Assembly (NCBI GenBank): GCA_017654855.1
Contig: CM030336.1
Location: forward strand, 3,348,001-3,412,000
Direction of reading: 5' to 3'
Length of the DNA: 64,000 bases
Source: Podospora anserina
Taxonomy: Eukaryota
In this document: positions 36,680 to 48,766 of the stretch, piece after piece
How positions within the stretch are numbered: the stretch's first letter is position 1
How the letters are laid out: each line of letters begins with the position of its first letter
The notes under the pieces: generated by a model
Databases searched by the model: none
Told to the model about the DNA's origin: nothing
The model's input: the letters and a program-made list of their open reading frames with translations, nothing else
Made by a program: the position numbers and the translations under genes

Positions 36680-37909
36680 CTACCCCTCAGTCTTGCCTCC
36701 ATCGCCATCATCAAAACCCCACCGCTCAGCCGCCACATTTATCTCCCTCTCCTCCCTTTCCCAAACCGTCTCACGATAGCCATCACCTAGCTTACCTGAC
36801 CGCGAACGAGATCGAGAACGCCTTGTCTCCTTCTTAAAATGACTCCTAGATCTGTACCGGCCCCCCTCCCTAGCTCCGAACCAGTCGTGAACTCTCTCCT
36901 GTGCACGCTGCTTGTCATTTTGTTGCTCTTTGACCTCCTTCTCTTTGTCAGAGTGATGCTGAAGATACGACGAGGTCGATGACACCGGGCTTCTCGGCGG
37001 CAGGGTAGAAAGCGAAATCGTATGAGATGTCGTTTCCGTGGGAGAAGCGGGTGGAGGCGAGGAGTGATAACCCCATAAAGCGGGTTCCATAAACGGGTTC
37101 TGGTACAATTCCCTCCCCGTGCTCGGGTTGTCATTCTCAGGAGATGGACGTCGCAACTGAAACCGTCGTTCGAGTCGTTGCAGCTGTTTATTCTCCGGAT
37201 TGCTGATCTCCTCCGTGCTGTTCCCGCTCGAGGTCAAGCTGGCATGTGTCGATGTTGGCGATGTAATCACTGGAACTGGAGCAGAAGTAGTGGGGCTCGA
37301 GACTGGGGTGACAAAAGAAACACGCTGCTGCTGCTGCTGCTGCGCCTTTCTCTCCTTTCTTCTCTCTCGACGCTCCATCTTCTCTTTCTCGTGCTGGTGG
37401 TACTGATCAATGTATAATTGCTCTCGGGCCCAGTCGGCGTCACGGCGTTGCTGCTCTCTTAGGAACGCCTCCTGAGCCCTACGGACCCGGTCTTTTTCGC
37501 GCTCCTTGTTTTTGAGAAAGAGACGGTGGGCGGTTCCAGTGATGAAGGAATCCTCCAGGGCTTTGGCCAGCCCTCTTTCTTCCTGGGTTTGCCAGTAGTG
37601 AGCCCACTGTTGCTGGTTTGCCGCTCGGCGCTGCTCCTCGGCTTGCTGTCGGCGCAGTTCTCGAGCGCGGGTGAGATACCCGTAATCGGGGTATTCCACA
37701 ACTGGTGGGCTTCGACGGGATGTTTGGGCTCCTGCAGGAGGGTCATTCAGGACAGGGCTTGGAGACTTTGGCGGAAGGGGACGGTGAATCCCATGGTGAC
37801 AGTACCCCAGGCTATGGGCACGGTGGTCACCGGAGCTTGACGGGTCTGCCCCGTCCGGAGAATAGTTGTGAAGCATGGCGTTTCTGTGAGATACTGAAAA
37901 ATGATACAC
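36680..37909 (-). CDS. Hypothetical low-complexity protein (R/E/Q coiled coil, S/T/P tract, RS-rich tail)
   Basis: 409-codon ORF with protein-like composition and no recognisable domain. The start is uncertain. Confidence 0.6.
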   Translation of the reverse strand: MYHFSVSHRNAMLHNYSPDGADPSSSGDHRAHSLGYCHHGIHRPLPPKSPSPVLNDPPAGAQTSRRSPPVVEYPDYGYLTRARELRRQQAEEQRRAANQQQWAHYWQTQEERGLAKALEDSFITGTAHRLFLKNKEREKDRVRRAQEAFLREQQRRDADWAREQLYIDQYHQHEKEKMERRERRKERKAQQQQQQRVSFVTPVSSPTTSAPVPVITSPTSTHASLTSSGNSTEEISNPENKQLQRLERRFQLRRPSPENDNPSTGRELYQNPFMEPALWGYHSSPPPASPTETTSHTISLSTLPPRSPVSSTSSYLQHHSDKEKEVKEQQNDKQRAQERVHDWFGAREGGRYRSRSHFKKETRRSRSRSRSGKLGDGYRETVWEREEREINVAAERWGFDDGDGGKTEG

Positions 37910-38381
37910 TTTGATGCTGACTGATGGAAGTAATCGAACAGTGAAGGTTTAGGCTGCTGAGTAGATGTTGGCAAAGGTTCATGGGCTCCCTGGACTTATG
38001 AAGGATGGATCTGCGAGGAAGCAGCCCGCGGAGAGGACAATGGACAAGGCCAAAGCTTGTCTGGTATTTCGTGGTCTGTGTTGAATTCCTACGGGGAAGC
38101 ATTCCGGCGTACAGGACTTTTTGGTCTATACAAAGGAAGATGCATGGCCCTGAAACATTGACTGTGCGACTGACAAAAAGTGCCTATTGTTATACAAAAC
38201 AGATACAAAGGACGGCTGAACCTAAACAACAAGGTACTCATACAATGTCTCTCGGATCAACAGCAAGACATGTGTAGATCTCGTCTCAAAAACCCCTACA
38301 CTCCAGAATCACATTTCATACGAAAAGAAGGAGGTCCTTTTCAGAATCTCAAGTGGCCTTTGGAGAGTGATCTAAATTCTG

Positions 38382-39797
38382 TCAGTTTGCTTTGTTCACC
38401 GATATGCAGCCAAGTACACTTACCTTGCCTGCTCTTCTTTCGTCGCTTATCCGCGGCAGTGGCTCAAGTTTTGAAGCCTTTTTGTCTCTGAAATATGAGC
38501 GCACCATCGGCATGCATTCAGGGTCCACATCCCAAGCACCCTGGGCCTCTTCTCGAAGACTGTGGAAGAAAGTAAAATCCAGCGAGTGAGGCAAAAACCC
38601 AGCTTTGAGATCAGGGATAAACTGGTCCCAGCCTATATGTTGCCGTTTGGCATCATCCCACCCTCGCACGCAACAGGTTTCCAAGACAATGGTTCTGAGT
38701 GATTGCTTGTGTCGAAGGAGGAGGTCGAGCATTGTTTCGTAGCCAAACCCCATATTTGTAAGGTGAACAGTGTGAAGTCTTTCCCAATGATGATCATAGG
38801 GAATGAGGTCATAAAGCCACGCAAATTCATACTTAACACCCAGTGTCAAAGATTGCAAATTCGGCATTGTTTTAATGATGTCGTGGACGAAATTGATGCG
38901 AGGACTCTTGACTACCGAACATTTGCGTGGATCATCTACCCATGGCCGTTCATTGCCGAGCAAGATGCCAAAGTGAGTGAGTACCGAGAGCTGCGTGCTC
39001 AGAGAATTTTGTAAGGGGTAGATCGGGGGAAATGGCCAAGGCGGGAGCGCAGACGGCATATCGGAACGCTCAAAATTTTCATCTGTCGCTAGGAGGCTGA
39101 GGAAGCCCACCTGAATAGAGATGAGACGTGGGGGTGACCCGCCAGTTGCCTGGACTGCTTCTAAGATGGCTCGCAAATGTCGAGCTGTCCCCTCCACATG
39201 TGACACGCCTGTCATATCCAGGTTGAGGCATTGGTATGCCGGTATCCTCAGTATGGGTTTCGTGGCGTTGGGCTCCCTGTTCCGGTGCCTGTTACTGTCT
39301 GGATAATCGCCCGCAACGATGATCTCCCGGAGATTGGGGAATTTGGGGACCACCTCTCGGAGAAAGTCAAAGTCTTCGCCCACTGCCAAAATTTGAACCT
39401 GATCGCGATGTATGCTGTCGACAACATCTCTCATTGCCGCGATCCAGGCTTCATCGACCGGCGGACGGTGGATGTCGGCGAGATGAAAGATATCTGGAAG
39501 CTCATCATCGTATGGATCATATGGAATATCGTTGTTGTTAGACTGGTATCTCCTCATGATTCGAGTGTTGTATGTCAGCGACTGAACATGCTCGGCGCGA
39601 TAATCGTTGACGATGCTTCGTAAGACGTCAAAGTCCTCATGGTGCATGCAAAACTTGATGTGTCGAAACGCGTGTCGATCTGCCGCTGCTTTCAGGACGC
39701 GGCATGATGCACGAATCGAGGACAGAGTGTTGTGAGAGTCCAAGTTGCCGCATATATTGTCCATGATCTCTGACGGGAGCCTTATAATAAGTGGCAT
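38382..39797 (-). CDS. F-box-like protein with an LRR-like C-terminal region
   Basis: N-terminal LPSEIMDNICGNL...L.SIRASCR. Repeated FPNLREI / MPNLQSLTL / LHTVHL / LRTIVL motifs. Likely ATG at 39797. Confidence 0.75.
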   Translation of the reverse strand: MPLIIRLPSEIMDNICGNLDSHNTLSSIRASCRVLKAAADRHAFRHIKFCMHHEDFDVLRSIVNDYRAEHVQSLTYNTRIMRRYQSNNNDIPYDPYDDELPDIFHLADIHRPPVDEAWIAAMRDVVDSIHRDQVQILAVGEDFDFLREVVPKFPNLREIIVAGDYPDSNRHRNREPNATKPILRIPAYQCLNLDMTGVSHVEGTARHLRAILEAVQATGGSPPRLISIQVGFLSLLATDENFERSDMPSALPPWPFPPIYPLQNSLSTQLSVLTHFGILLGNERPWVDDPRKCSVVKSPRINFVHDIIKTMPNLQSLTLGVKYEFAWLYDLIPYDHHWERLHTVHLTNMGFGYETMLDLLLRHKQSLRTIVLETCCVRGWDDAKRQHIGWDQFIPDLKAGFLPHSLDFTFFHSLREEAQGAWDVDPECMPMVRSYFRDKKASKLEPLPRISDERRAGKVSVLGCISVNKAN

Positions 39798-39964
39798 TGT
39801 TGCTGTGCTAAATAAGAGGTGTGGCCAGGGAAAAGAGTGCCAAACAAACACCGAGAAAATTGGTTGCCTGGGTTGAGCTCCGTTTGGCTTCAACCCCGCA
39901 CGCCGCTGCCTGGTTGGCCCTGCTCAGGATACCTGACACAAATTGGAAAGCACTACACACCACC

Positions 39965-42308
39965 ATGCAAACGCTTGCAACTGATCATGGCAGCTCTGAC
40001 GGCGACTCAGTTTCCCAAGTGGGTGCCAGGGCAGCCAAAGCAAAGAGACGACACCAAACCAAAGATAGCCAACCTTGGGTGAGTTTCCAATTTCCACACA
40101 GGTATCTCAGATCTCTAATAATGAATTACCTAGCCACACTTTCGACTCCCTCCATCATTTGTCCGTCCAGAATTCCACGAGTCCGAGAATTCGGACTCTG
40201 CAGACGACTTGCCGAAACGCCATCGGATAGCACATCGAGGGCCTCCAGCCGAAACCAAAGAGAACCACGACACAACGCCGTCAAGCTCGATACTACGCCA
40301 TCAGCTGGAAGCGCAAAGTCATCCCCTCGCCAAACCACATTCCTGCCCGCACTGCGTTGCAATAGCCGTTGATTTGCGCAGGCAACTAGCCCGCGTCACG
40401 TTCCGTGGGGATGCTTGGGCCCGAGAAGGGTGGACGACCGCCAATAGAAAGTTTCCCTTGACTGTCGACCAAGCAAGAGCCGCCAGCCACAAAGGATGCG
40501 CGTTCTACAGATACCTCCTCGCTGATGACGACCCCGCTTATGCGATACGAAACGATGTATGGGGTTCCTCTCCTGGCAGGATTCCTTTCGAGATAGTGAT
40601 GCAAAATGGCCGATGCAGACTCTACCCTGGACGACGGAAAGGAGAGTTTCGAGAGTTCTCCCTGTACACCATCCCAGGACAAAAGGCTTTGCACCCTTTT
40701 CTTGGGTATCAGCTCCCACCGAACCTTGTTCCCAACTCCCAACTCAGCTTCACCCGTGTTCGAGGCTGGCTAAACGAATGCCTCCGGAACCACAAACTAT
40801 GCAACGCATTCCAGCGAGCTTACATGCCCAAAAGGCTCATCGAAGTGACCACTACCGCAGCTTCGGGGAGTCTTTGCGCTCGATTGGTCACAAACCCCAC
40901 GCCAGGTCGTTATGCCGCGCTGAGCTACTGCTGGGGCGGTGACCAAAAGTCCAAGACCATCAGAAGTGTTTTGGGTACCTACGAGAAAGAAATCCTAATG
41001 GGTATCCTACCCCAAACGCTTCAGGATGCGTTGACAGTAACACACGGTATCGGCCTCCGCTACCTCTGGGTAGACGCCATGGCAATCGTTCAAGACGACG
41101 ATGAGGACAGAGACGAGCAGATATCCCAGATGCACCGCATCTACCTCGGCGCCTCCTTCACCATCGTCGCAGCAAAGGCAGTGACCAGCCTTGACGGTTT
41201 TCTCGCCCCAAGAGCAAAGTACCAGCCCTCCATCATCTCCGCCCGGCTGGATGACAACGTCTTTGGGGAGATCCTTGCCTTTCCAAAGCACGATACCCTC
41301 AGTGACTATAACCTCTTTACTCGCGGTTGGACATTTCAGGAGACGCAGCTCTCGACAAGGATACTGGCGTATGGCATGCATGAATTGGTGTACTCGTGTT
41401 TAGAGGCCAGGCATCGGGATGGTGGATACGAGCATGTGTTCGATCCGCCACCGGCTTCAATCTACCTGCGCGACACGAGCGACGATCCTGCAGCACAAAT
41501 GGTGGAGAATCTCGACCCGGGAAATCAAAATCTGGGGCGGGATGAACACCCGTTTGGTTGGGAGACAATCGTCTTCAAGTATAGCCAGCGGTTTCTCACT
41601 GATGGGTTGGATAAGCTCCCTGCTGTCTCGGCTATTGCGGAGGAGTACTCCCTCACCAAGCCAGTCACGGAATATTATGCTGGGCTATGGAAGGAAGACT
41701 TTCTGCATCAGTGTCTTTGGCAAGTAAGCTTCAATACCGCGGTGAGGCCGAAGGGGGTGTATAGAGCTCCGTCTTGGTCGTGGGCTTCGGTTGATGGCGC
41801 GGTGCATGGATTTACCAAGGAGCGCCTCAATCTGAAGTTTTCTTGTTCGCTGCTTCATGTTGAGACGACGCTGGTGTCGACGAGGAATCGTTTTGGGAGG
41901 GTGGGTAACGGTTTTATGCGGCTTCGTGGCAGGATGCGCAAGGTTTTGTGGTCGAGCAGTGGAATTCGGGCCGGGCATGCTGGACGCGCAGCGGAGGATG
42001 CTGCTAGCAGGTGGCCGGATGAACCGTACGGGTTTGATAACCGCCTGTCGTTGACCGTGGATTTTGTTGGTGAGTGGCCGAAGGATTCGGAGGTGGAATT
42101 TTGGTGTCTTGAAATTTGCACCTTCTTCCGGGATGGGTTTGATCGTGGTCAGGGGCTGTTGCTTGACAAGGTTGATGGGAGAGAGCATCCTGATCTCTCG
42201 GACGAAATCTTTCGCCGTGTGGGCCAGGCATACTTTGGCGCGGATGTGGCCGAGCCGTACTGGTTTGATGATGGTGTTTCGGAGTGGAAGGAGATTGTCG
42301 TTGTGTGA
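39965..42308 (+). CDS. HET-domain protein (TOL-like), intron 40079-40133
   Basis: WL.EC...H..C, PKRLIEV, YAALSYCWGG, LPQTLQDA, YLWVDAMAIVQ, TRGWTFQE, DKLPAVSAIA and RAPSWSWAS. Phase-0 GTGAGT...TAG intron. Confidence 0.92.
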
Positions 42309-42380
42309 GCCTTTTCAAAACCATGCCACGTCCAGAGTTTAGAAAGACAATTACTGGCCAAGTACCTTCATCAAATCCAA

Positions 42381-42451
42381 GCATCAGTGGTTTAGTGGTA
42401 AAATCCATCGTTGCCATCGATGGGCCCCGTGTTCGATTCACGGCTGATGCA
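42381..42451 (+). tRNA. tRNA-Gly (GCC)
   Basis: GCATCAG/CTGATGC acceptor stem, TGGTTTAGTGG A box, anticodon loop TTGCCAT, GTTCGATTC B box. Confidence 0.95.
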
Positions 42452-42646
42452 TCTGATATGTTGATCCTTGGATCTACAACACCTTTTATCAACCACTGTT
42501 GATCTGCTCTTTTTGCTGCCAAGCATCCTTAGAAGTAATGCGCTTAGTTAAACTTTGCCATGGGAGAAGAAAATGCCCATTCCTTTTACGGCTTTAAACG
42601 AGAGAGGGGGTTAAAAAGATGCAAGCTTGACAATGGAAAAAAGAGA

Positions 42647-42738
42647 CTCGGATACCGGGAGTCGAACCCGGGGCTGTTGAGAGAACAGACACTTCTGAGA
42701 AGTGAGAGTCAACGATGTTACCGCTACACCATACCCGA
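42647..42738 (-). tRNA. tRNA-Glu (CTC), intron-containing
   Basis: Reverse complement TCGGGTATGGTGTAGCGG...GTTGA CT CTC A [intron] ...GGTTCGACTCCC...TATCCGA, followed by a T-run terminator. Confidence 0.9.
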
Positions 42739-43202
42739 TTGAATCGTGTGTGGTCCCGATTGATGGCAGTGGGTGTGGAGGTAAACTCCAAGTTCCAAAG
42801 GTGATTGATGTCGGGCAGCCATCGCGTTGCAATGAAAGGGGTGATCACCTCCCTTAGGTACTTTGCACAACGTAGCCCTTTCCCATTCTTTTTCCAGTCT
42901 AAAGCCTGAGGAAAGGTCCTCCCTGATGACATGACGCACTCCCCTACGTCGCTGCCCAAAAGCCAGGCTGTCATCGTCTGACGGAGTGTTGGCTTCCAGT
43001 CGTGGGAAAGCACCACATTGAGAGACGGCGACACCGAACTATTTCTAGCTTGCACTCTGCGCCAAACTGCATTTTCCTCCTGCAACCATCAACGCCAGGT
43101 CGACACTCCTCTCCAATCGTCTCTCGGCATCACTTCTCTGTATACATTATCCAGGTTATCTGTCTCTCCAACTCTTCTCCCATCTCAGTCATCAGCTCCA
43201 CC

Positions 43203-43954
43203 ATGAAGCTCGCCACGGTCGGCCTCCTCTCGTTCGCGGTATGTGAGGCATGATATCCCTGAGTTCCGTCACCCTCCCAACACCTGTATTCTAGCAGAGC
43301 ATCGTCCTCGGCAGTCCATCCCCCTCCTCCTATCCAGTCCGTCGCGATGTTGACCTCCAATGGACGGTCCAAGCATTTCCCAACGGCCCATTTATCCACG
43401 TGAACGGCACCATTGAGCAGGTTTACGACCACGTTCTCAAGATTAACCCGTCCTTCGACAAGGAATTCGTGCCTGGGCATCTCCCGGACGAAGACCCCTG
43501 GTCCCCCCCACTTCAAGCACCCTTCTAGGATGAGGTCAACTTTGAGGGCAAGAGGACTGAGTGTGGTGAACCACTGAGATACGCACCGAGGCGACATATC
43601 AGGACTGGAATCGAGTATCTTCGGAGACTTCCGTTCGAGGTGCCCGAACTTGCACCTGGTACTTGTGGTCGTGTCAGCTGTGCGTGGGACTCGGCCATCA
43701 AATGGTGCAATAACGTGGGTGTTTTTTTATGCCTGGGGTCTTGGTCGAGAGCTGATGAGGTTATACAGATCCAGCGTGTACAGCGTCTCAAGTCTATGAA
43801 GACCCTGGCTGACGGTGCGGAACACCTTGCCCAGATGTGCGTCAGGCCCGGGCTCAACACACTGGTAAAGGACGCATCGGCGTTGGACAGGGTATCGGGA
43901 CAGGTGTGGCATGAAGGTGGCTGGAGTATTATTGTGGGCCTGGAGAACTGTTGA
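43203..43954 (+). pseudogene. Small secreted Cys-containing protein gene with a single in-frame TAG (43526-43528)
   Basis: Signal-peptide-like MKLATVGLLSFA|SIVLG; NGTIEQV, INPSF, CGRVSCAWDSAIKWCN and GQV....WSIIV...C. Introns at 43239-43297 and 43715-43768. The only visible lesion is one TAG. Confidence 0.75.
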
Positions 43955-44780
43955 TTCGCCGGGCGTAGCTGAATGGCAAGCATCGTCTCGTAGTATACCT
44001 TAATTGATATGGATTAGACCTTGAAAGACGGGCTTCACTCGTCTTGCTACCCTTGACAGCCCATTGAAGGTTAGCATACCCCTCAATCATTTTGACACCC
44101 CTCGTGCTTATATCTCTAAACGCCTGTTGGTATATTTTCAACGCCTTTTGATTACCTACGCAGTGGCGTTTGATAGGTCTTACATCCTATACGATCTCAT
44201 CTATGGAGGCCCTTTCATCATCTGTCTTCCAGGGCTCCCCAGAAGACGGTTGTGACGACTCATTTCCCCAAATGACCCAATCATATGCTTTCCTCTGACA
44301 AAAAGCCCGTCCGTCTTGTCCAACGGTGAGTGAGCCGTGGTCAAAGGACCGGCGGTGCACTTGCAGTGCCAAGGCTGGCTGGTGTAATGACGTCATGCAG
44401 TGCTCTGATCGATCTGCCGCCGCAAGCCACATGGCATCACTCGTTGATTTGACGGGCATTAATGAAACACGAGCGGGAAAAAGAGCAATGACGACACAGA
44501 TGGGCGGCTTTTTGTGACCAAGACCAAGGAAATTCTGGCAGAGGGTGTCGGGCTGGACAAGAGAGGGGACGGACACAAAATGGGCGTTGGGTGGGTGTTC
44601 CAGACCTTTTTGTACTTTTGTTTTTTCCACACTTGTATATCTTGTTGTTTGTTAGGGATCTTCAAAAGAGATAGCTAAGACTGCGGCTTTCTGGGCGCGC
44701 GCGAGATTTTTGTTGTGAATATCACCCACCATACGCCAAGACATTACACTTCGACAAGGGCAACCACAGGATAGGACGCC

Positions 44781-46139
44781 ATGTCATCGGGGCTTCCGAA
44801 ATTCTACCAACGGGGCCGCGACCGGCGTCGCGAGTCCCGCGCTTTGGATGAGGCTATTTCTAATGGTACTGCTGGCACGACGGCTGCGGGGAGTACGAAT
44901 GCCAAGGGGAGCAAGTCGTCGCGGTTGATGCAGTTCGTCAAGAGGTGGATTTTGGTCTCGTGGAAGGATTTGCTTGCGATGGCTGTTTTTGGGGGTGCTG
45001 CTTTGGGGGTGAGTTTTCTTTTTTGTTTTTGGTGCTGACTTGCCTGGTCATGATACTGATGTTTGTTGTGATGGTAGATCTACCAAGCTCCCTATGCCTC
45101 CACCCGCAATTTCCCCATCACCTTCAACCAGTCTGGCGATATCGTCTACCCCGAACTCGCCTACCCTCACCGCGGGTGGATCATCAGCCCGCAACTTTCG
45201 GGCGTTATCGCGGTTGTGATCCCGCTTGGGGTTATTTTCCTGGCGCAAATCAGGATCAAGTCATTCTGGGACTTAAACAATGCTGTTTTGGGGCTGTTGT
45301 ACTCGATGATCTTGTCGAGTTTCTTCCAGGTTGTTATCAAGAATTTGATTGGGGGGTTCAGGCCGTATTTTTTGGATATTTGCCAGCCGGATATCTCCCT
45401 TGCGTCGAGTAATAATGCGACGGGGTTGAATGGTGTTGGGTTTCAGCAGATCATGTACACGATCGAAATCTGCACCAACCCGGACAAGGCGGCGATCAAG
45501 ACGGCTATAACGAGCTTCCCTTCTGGCCATGCCACAAGTGCGTGGGCGGGGTATGGGTTTTTGTTTTTGTGGATGAACGCGAAGCTCAAGGTTTGGGGTA
45601 ACTACCAAACGAGCTTTTACTGGTTGGTCTTGTTGACTGCGCCGGTGTTGGGGGCGACATTGCTGGCGAGTTGTTTGACGGTTGATCAGGCACATCATTG
45701 GTATGATATTTTGGCGGGGAGTATCATTGGGATCGGGACGAGTATTGCCTGTTATCGGTTGGTGTACGCGGCGGTTTGGGATTGGAGGTGGAATCATGTG
45801 CCGTTGAAGAGGGCGGCGCCGTTTGGGTATGAGATGGAGGGTGATCGGTTGTTGCCTACGTATCACAAGGCTACCTGGACAAAGAAGCTGGGTTGGGGGA
45901 GGAGGAAGGGCACGAGGGTGGGGAGGGGGAGTGTGAGGGGGCCGGTGGAGAAGAAGGGGTTGGCCAGTGGAAGGAGCAGTGAGACGTATGCGAGGAATGG
46001 GAGCGCGGTGAGTCCTCACTCGAGAGTGGCGCCACCGGTGAATGGGTATGGGAATGGTGTTGCTCATCCTGATCCGGCGGTGGCGAGGGGAACAGGAAGC
46101 GTTGGGCGGTATGATGGGAGGGGTGATCAGATGGTTTGA
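44781..46139 (+). CDS. PAP2-family lipid phosphate phosphatase
   Basis: K-x6-RP (KNLIGGFRP), SFPSGH and H-x3-D motifs, several TM helices, intron ~45009-45077. Confidence 0.9.
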
Positions 46140-48766
46140 GTTGGGCTGAGTTTTTGTTTGGTCTGCGAATCTGATGGTGTCTTTTTGGTCTGTTGATATT
46201 TGGCTTTTGGGAACCGAGCAAGCAGACGAGCAGCTACTAGTGTTTTTCTTTTGTTGAAGCGAGTGTAGTATTATTATTCTAGGATATGTAAGTTTAATAA
46301 GATTGATACCCGATGCATGTACACATCATGTCCACTTGCGATCTGGTGTCCGGATGTGGTATTTTGTCGCGTGACGGTGAGACGGAGACAGGGACGCACA
46401 CCGAAGATAGACGTGGTAAGATACATCATACCCCAGAAGGTGGCTCGGTCCGGCCCATGGTAGCACAGGACATAACACGGTGAAAGGGGTCATGGAATGC
46501 GGCACTCAAGCTTCTGGAAGTCTACATAAAACCCAAGCTGTCGGTCAAGCTGTGTCGATCAAGTTGTATTGCAGCGTTGCCCCAATATGTGCTCACTTGC
46601 ATGTGCTTGATTCGAACCGCGTGGTTGGGTGTCCAACACTGCAAAGTGTAACCTGGGGAGACCGGAAATGTGCATGCTAATGGATAGGACTGCCTTGTCA
46701 ACCGAATCATACATTGCCTTGCGGAGCTGGTCAGCCAACTGGCAGGTCGTCTATCACTCATGTCTTGCACCTTCTGCAAAAGTTGGATAGCGGCTTGGCT
46801 GAGGATGAGCTATCGACCTGTCATCCAGGAGTGACAGGGTCACCAGGGTGCACCTGCTATCAAGGTGAGGTGGTACCGTATCAGCAGGATCAAGGTTAAG
46901 CTTGGTTGGTGGTCCGAGCCCAGGGCAGGAACATGTAAGCATGTGCAAATGCCCTGTTGCAGTCGATAAGCAGATAAGTATCCACTGCGCTTGGCTTCCG
47001 TCCCAAAGCTCGCCGGAAGACTTCTAGAAACGGCCGGTCCTCTTGGCAGCTCACCACTCGGGAACACTACACTACATCTGAACATCCCAGACTCGGTGTC
47101 GATATCTCATGTCAAAACAGCCGAGTGTCAGCACATGTCGAGTGGAAGGATCTCTTTGCAAAAATACTGAGGTGACCAGAACTGATCAGGAAGGATCCCA
47201 TGTGATGGCATTGCAAGGGCGAAAGGAAATGGGATGGCGACATCCCGCGTTCGTGGCGCCAAGGCTGTTTGCGGGGAAGCTTGTCTGTCCCCGATTGGCG
47301 GCTTGGCATCTCACACAGTTGCCTTAGCGTGGACGGGAGTTCAGATGTGCAAGGAAAGACGTCGGTGGCTGGCTGGGCAATCCCAGGGTTGCCAATGACC
47401 GATGCTTTCCGGTGAACACATCCAGGGAAGATCCAAGTGGAAGTGTCGCATTTCCATGACCAACAGATTCAGTATTAAGCCGCAACTGCATACATCAGAG
47501 ACATGGAAGCCCAAGACAGAAAGACAGGGTGACGGCGGCTCAACAGGCAAGAACTTCACTCTGCGCTAAACCGATTCGAGCGACCGAGCAGCAGCAGGCT
47601 GCCGACAGCCCAATGTGGAGATTTCTGAACCCTTGGCTACATACATTTTCCCGAAAAACCACACGACATCGCAGCCGGCCATTTCCCCGTTCCTTGCAGA
47701 CAGATATCAACAGCTCGCTATGGGAAGCTTGCCCGAAACAAAGTTTCTCCATGGTGGAGAGTCCAGCGCCCGCCGACCCATTGATCCCCCTGGTCATAGT
47801 CGCGGCAAAACGTGCGCCCGACAGTCAGAGCGCAAACTCTATCAACACGACTGAAAGCCATCAGGAATAACCCACCCAGACGAGTATAAAAACAACTAAT
47901 AGACACATAGATAAGACCGGTCTCTAGTACGGTTCTCGGCACCGCTGGGCTTCGCTGGACATGCTCGAAAGAGATGGTTCTCCGTCCACATGGCAGTCAT
48001 GGCATGCTCAACTGACGATATCTGCCCTTCTGCTCACCGACAGCCTCGTTCATCACGCTCGCCTTCCTCCTCCTTTAAAAGTAACCCGCGAGCCAACATG
48101 GATGCAAGGTCGTCAGCATGTCGGTGGCGTGCCCCACCGCCCAGAGGGCCTCGTCCGGTAAGAGGCCGCTAACAAGGCTCGGCGCGTCTCGGCGGGCTCG
48201 GCGCCGCCTCAACACGGCATCTCAGTGGGCGGGCACGTTGAAATGGATCCGAACCGACAGGGATCAACAGTTGGCATGCCGTTTTACCCATAAGCCAAGA
48301 CGAGAAACGAACATCTTATCTTGGACAACGCTGTTCTGCCCGTCCATCACCTTCCTTTCCCGTTGACCCCCCGGGGCAAACCCAATGCCTGTTAAACGTC
48401 GCAATCCCTTGGCAGATGCGGGCCTGGACACGGCTACAATCGCACCTTCCAAAAGCAAGCCCATGATTGCTGACGTTCTGGGCTGCTCCCGTAGTGTAGA
48501 GTGGCATTCATGAGTGCCACCGCCTGCAAGCTAACGCCCAGTGGTGGTCGTTGATCGGACCATGGTATACCATATCAGGAGGTGGGGCGACCTCTGTGTA
48601 CATATCCTGCCTGCAACCCCCGAACCAGAACCTTGGGATCTTTTGTTCTTGCGCGTCGAGGTTCTGCCACTACTCCATAACCACCTCCGTCTCCCCCCCC
48701 CTTCCGGCCCCACCGTCACCAACACCCTCTTCTCACATAGGACAACTCCAGACTACATCAACAGCC

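Noticed and set aside
37324-37343. (CTG)n microsatellite
   Set aside because: Ordinary short polyQ tract in the low-complexity ORF.
45273-46067. 264-aa minus-strand ORF
   Set aside because: Antisense shadow of the PAP2 gene caused by codon bias.
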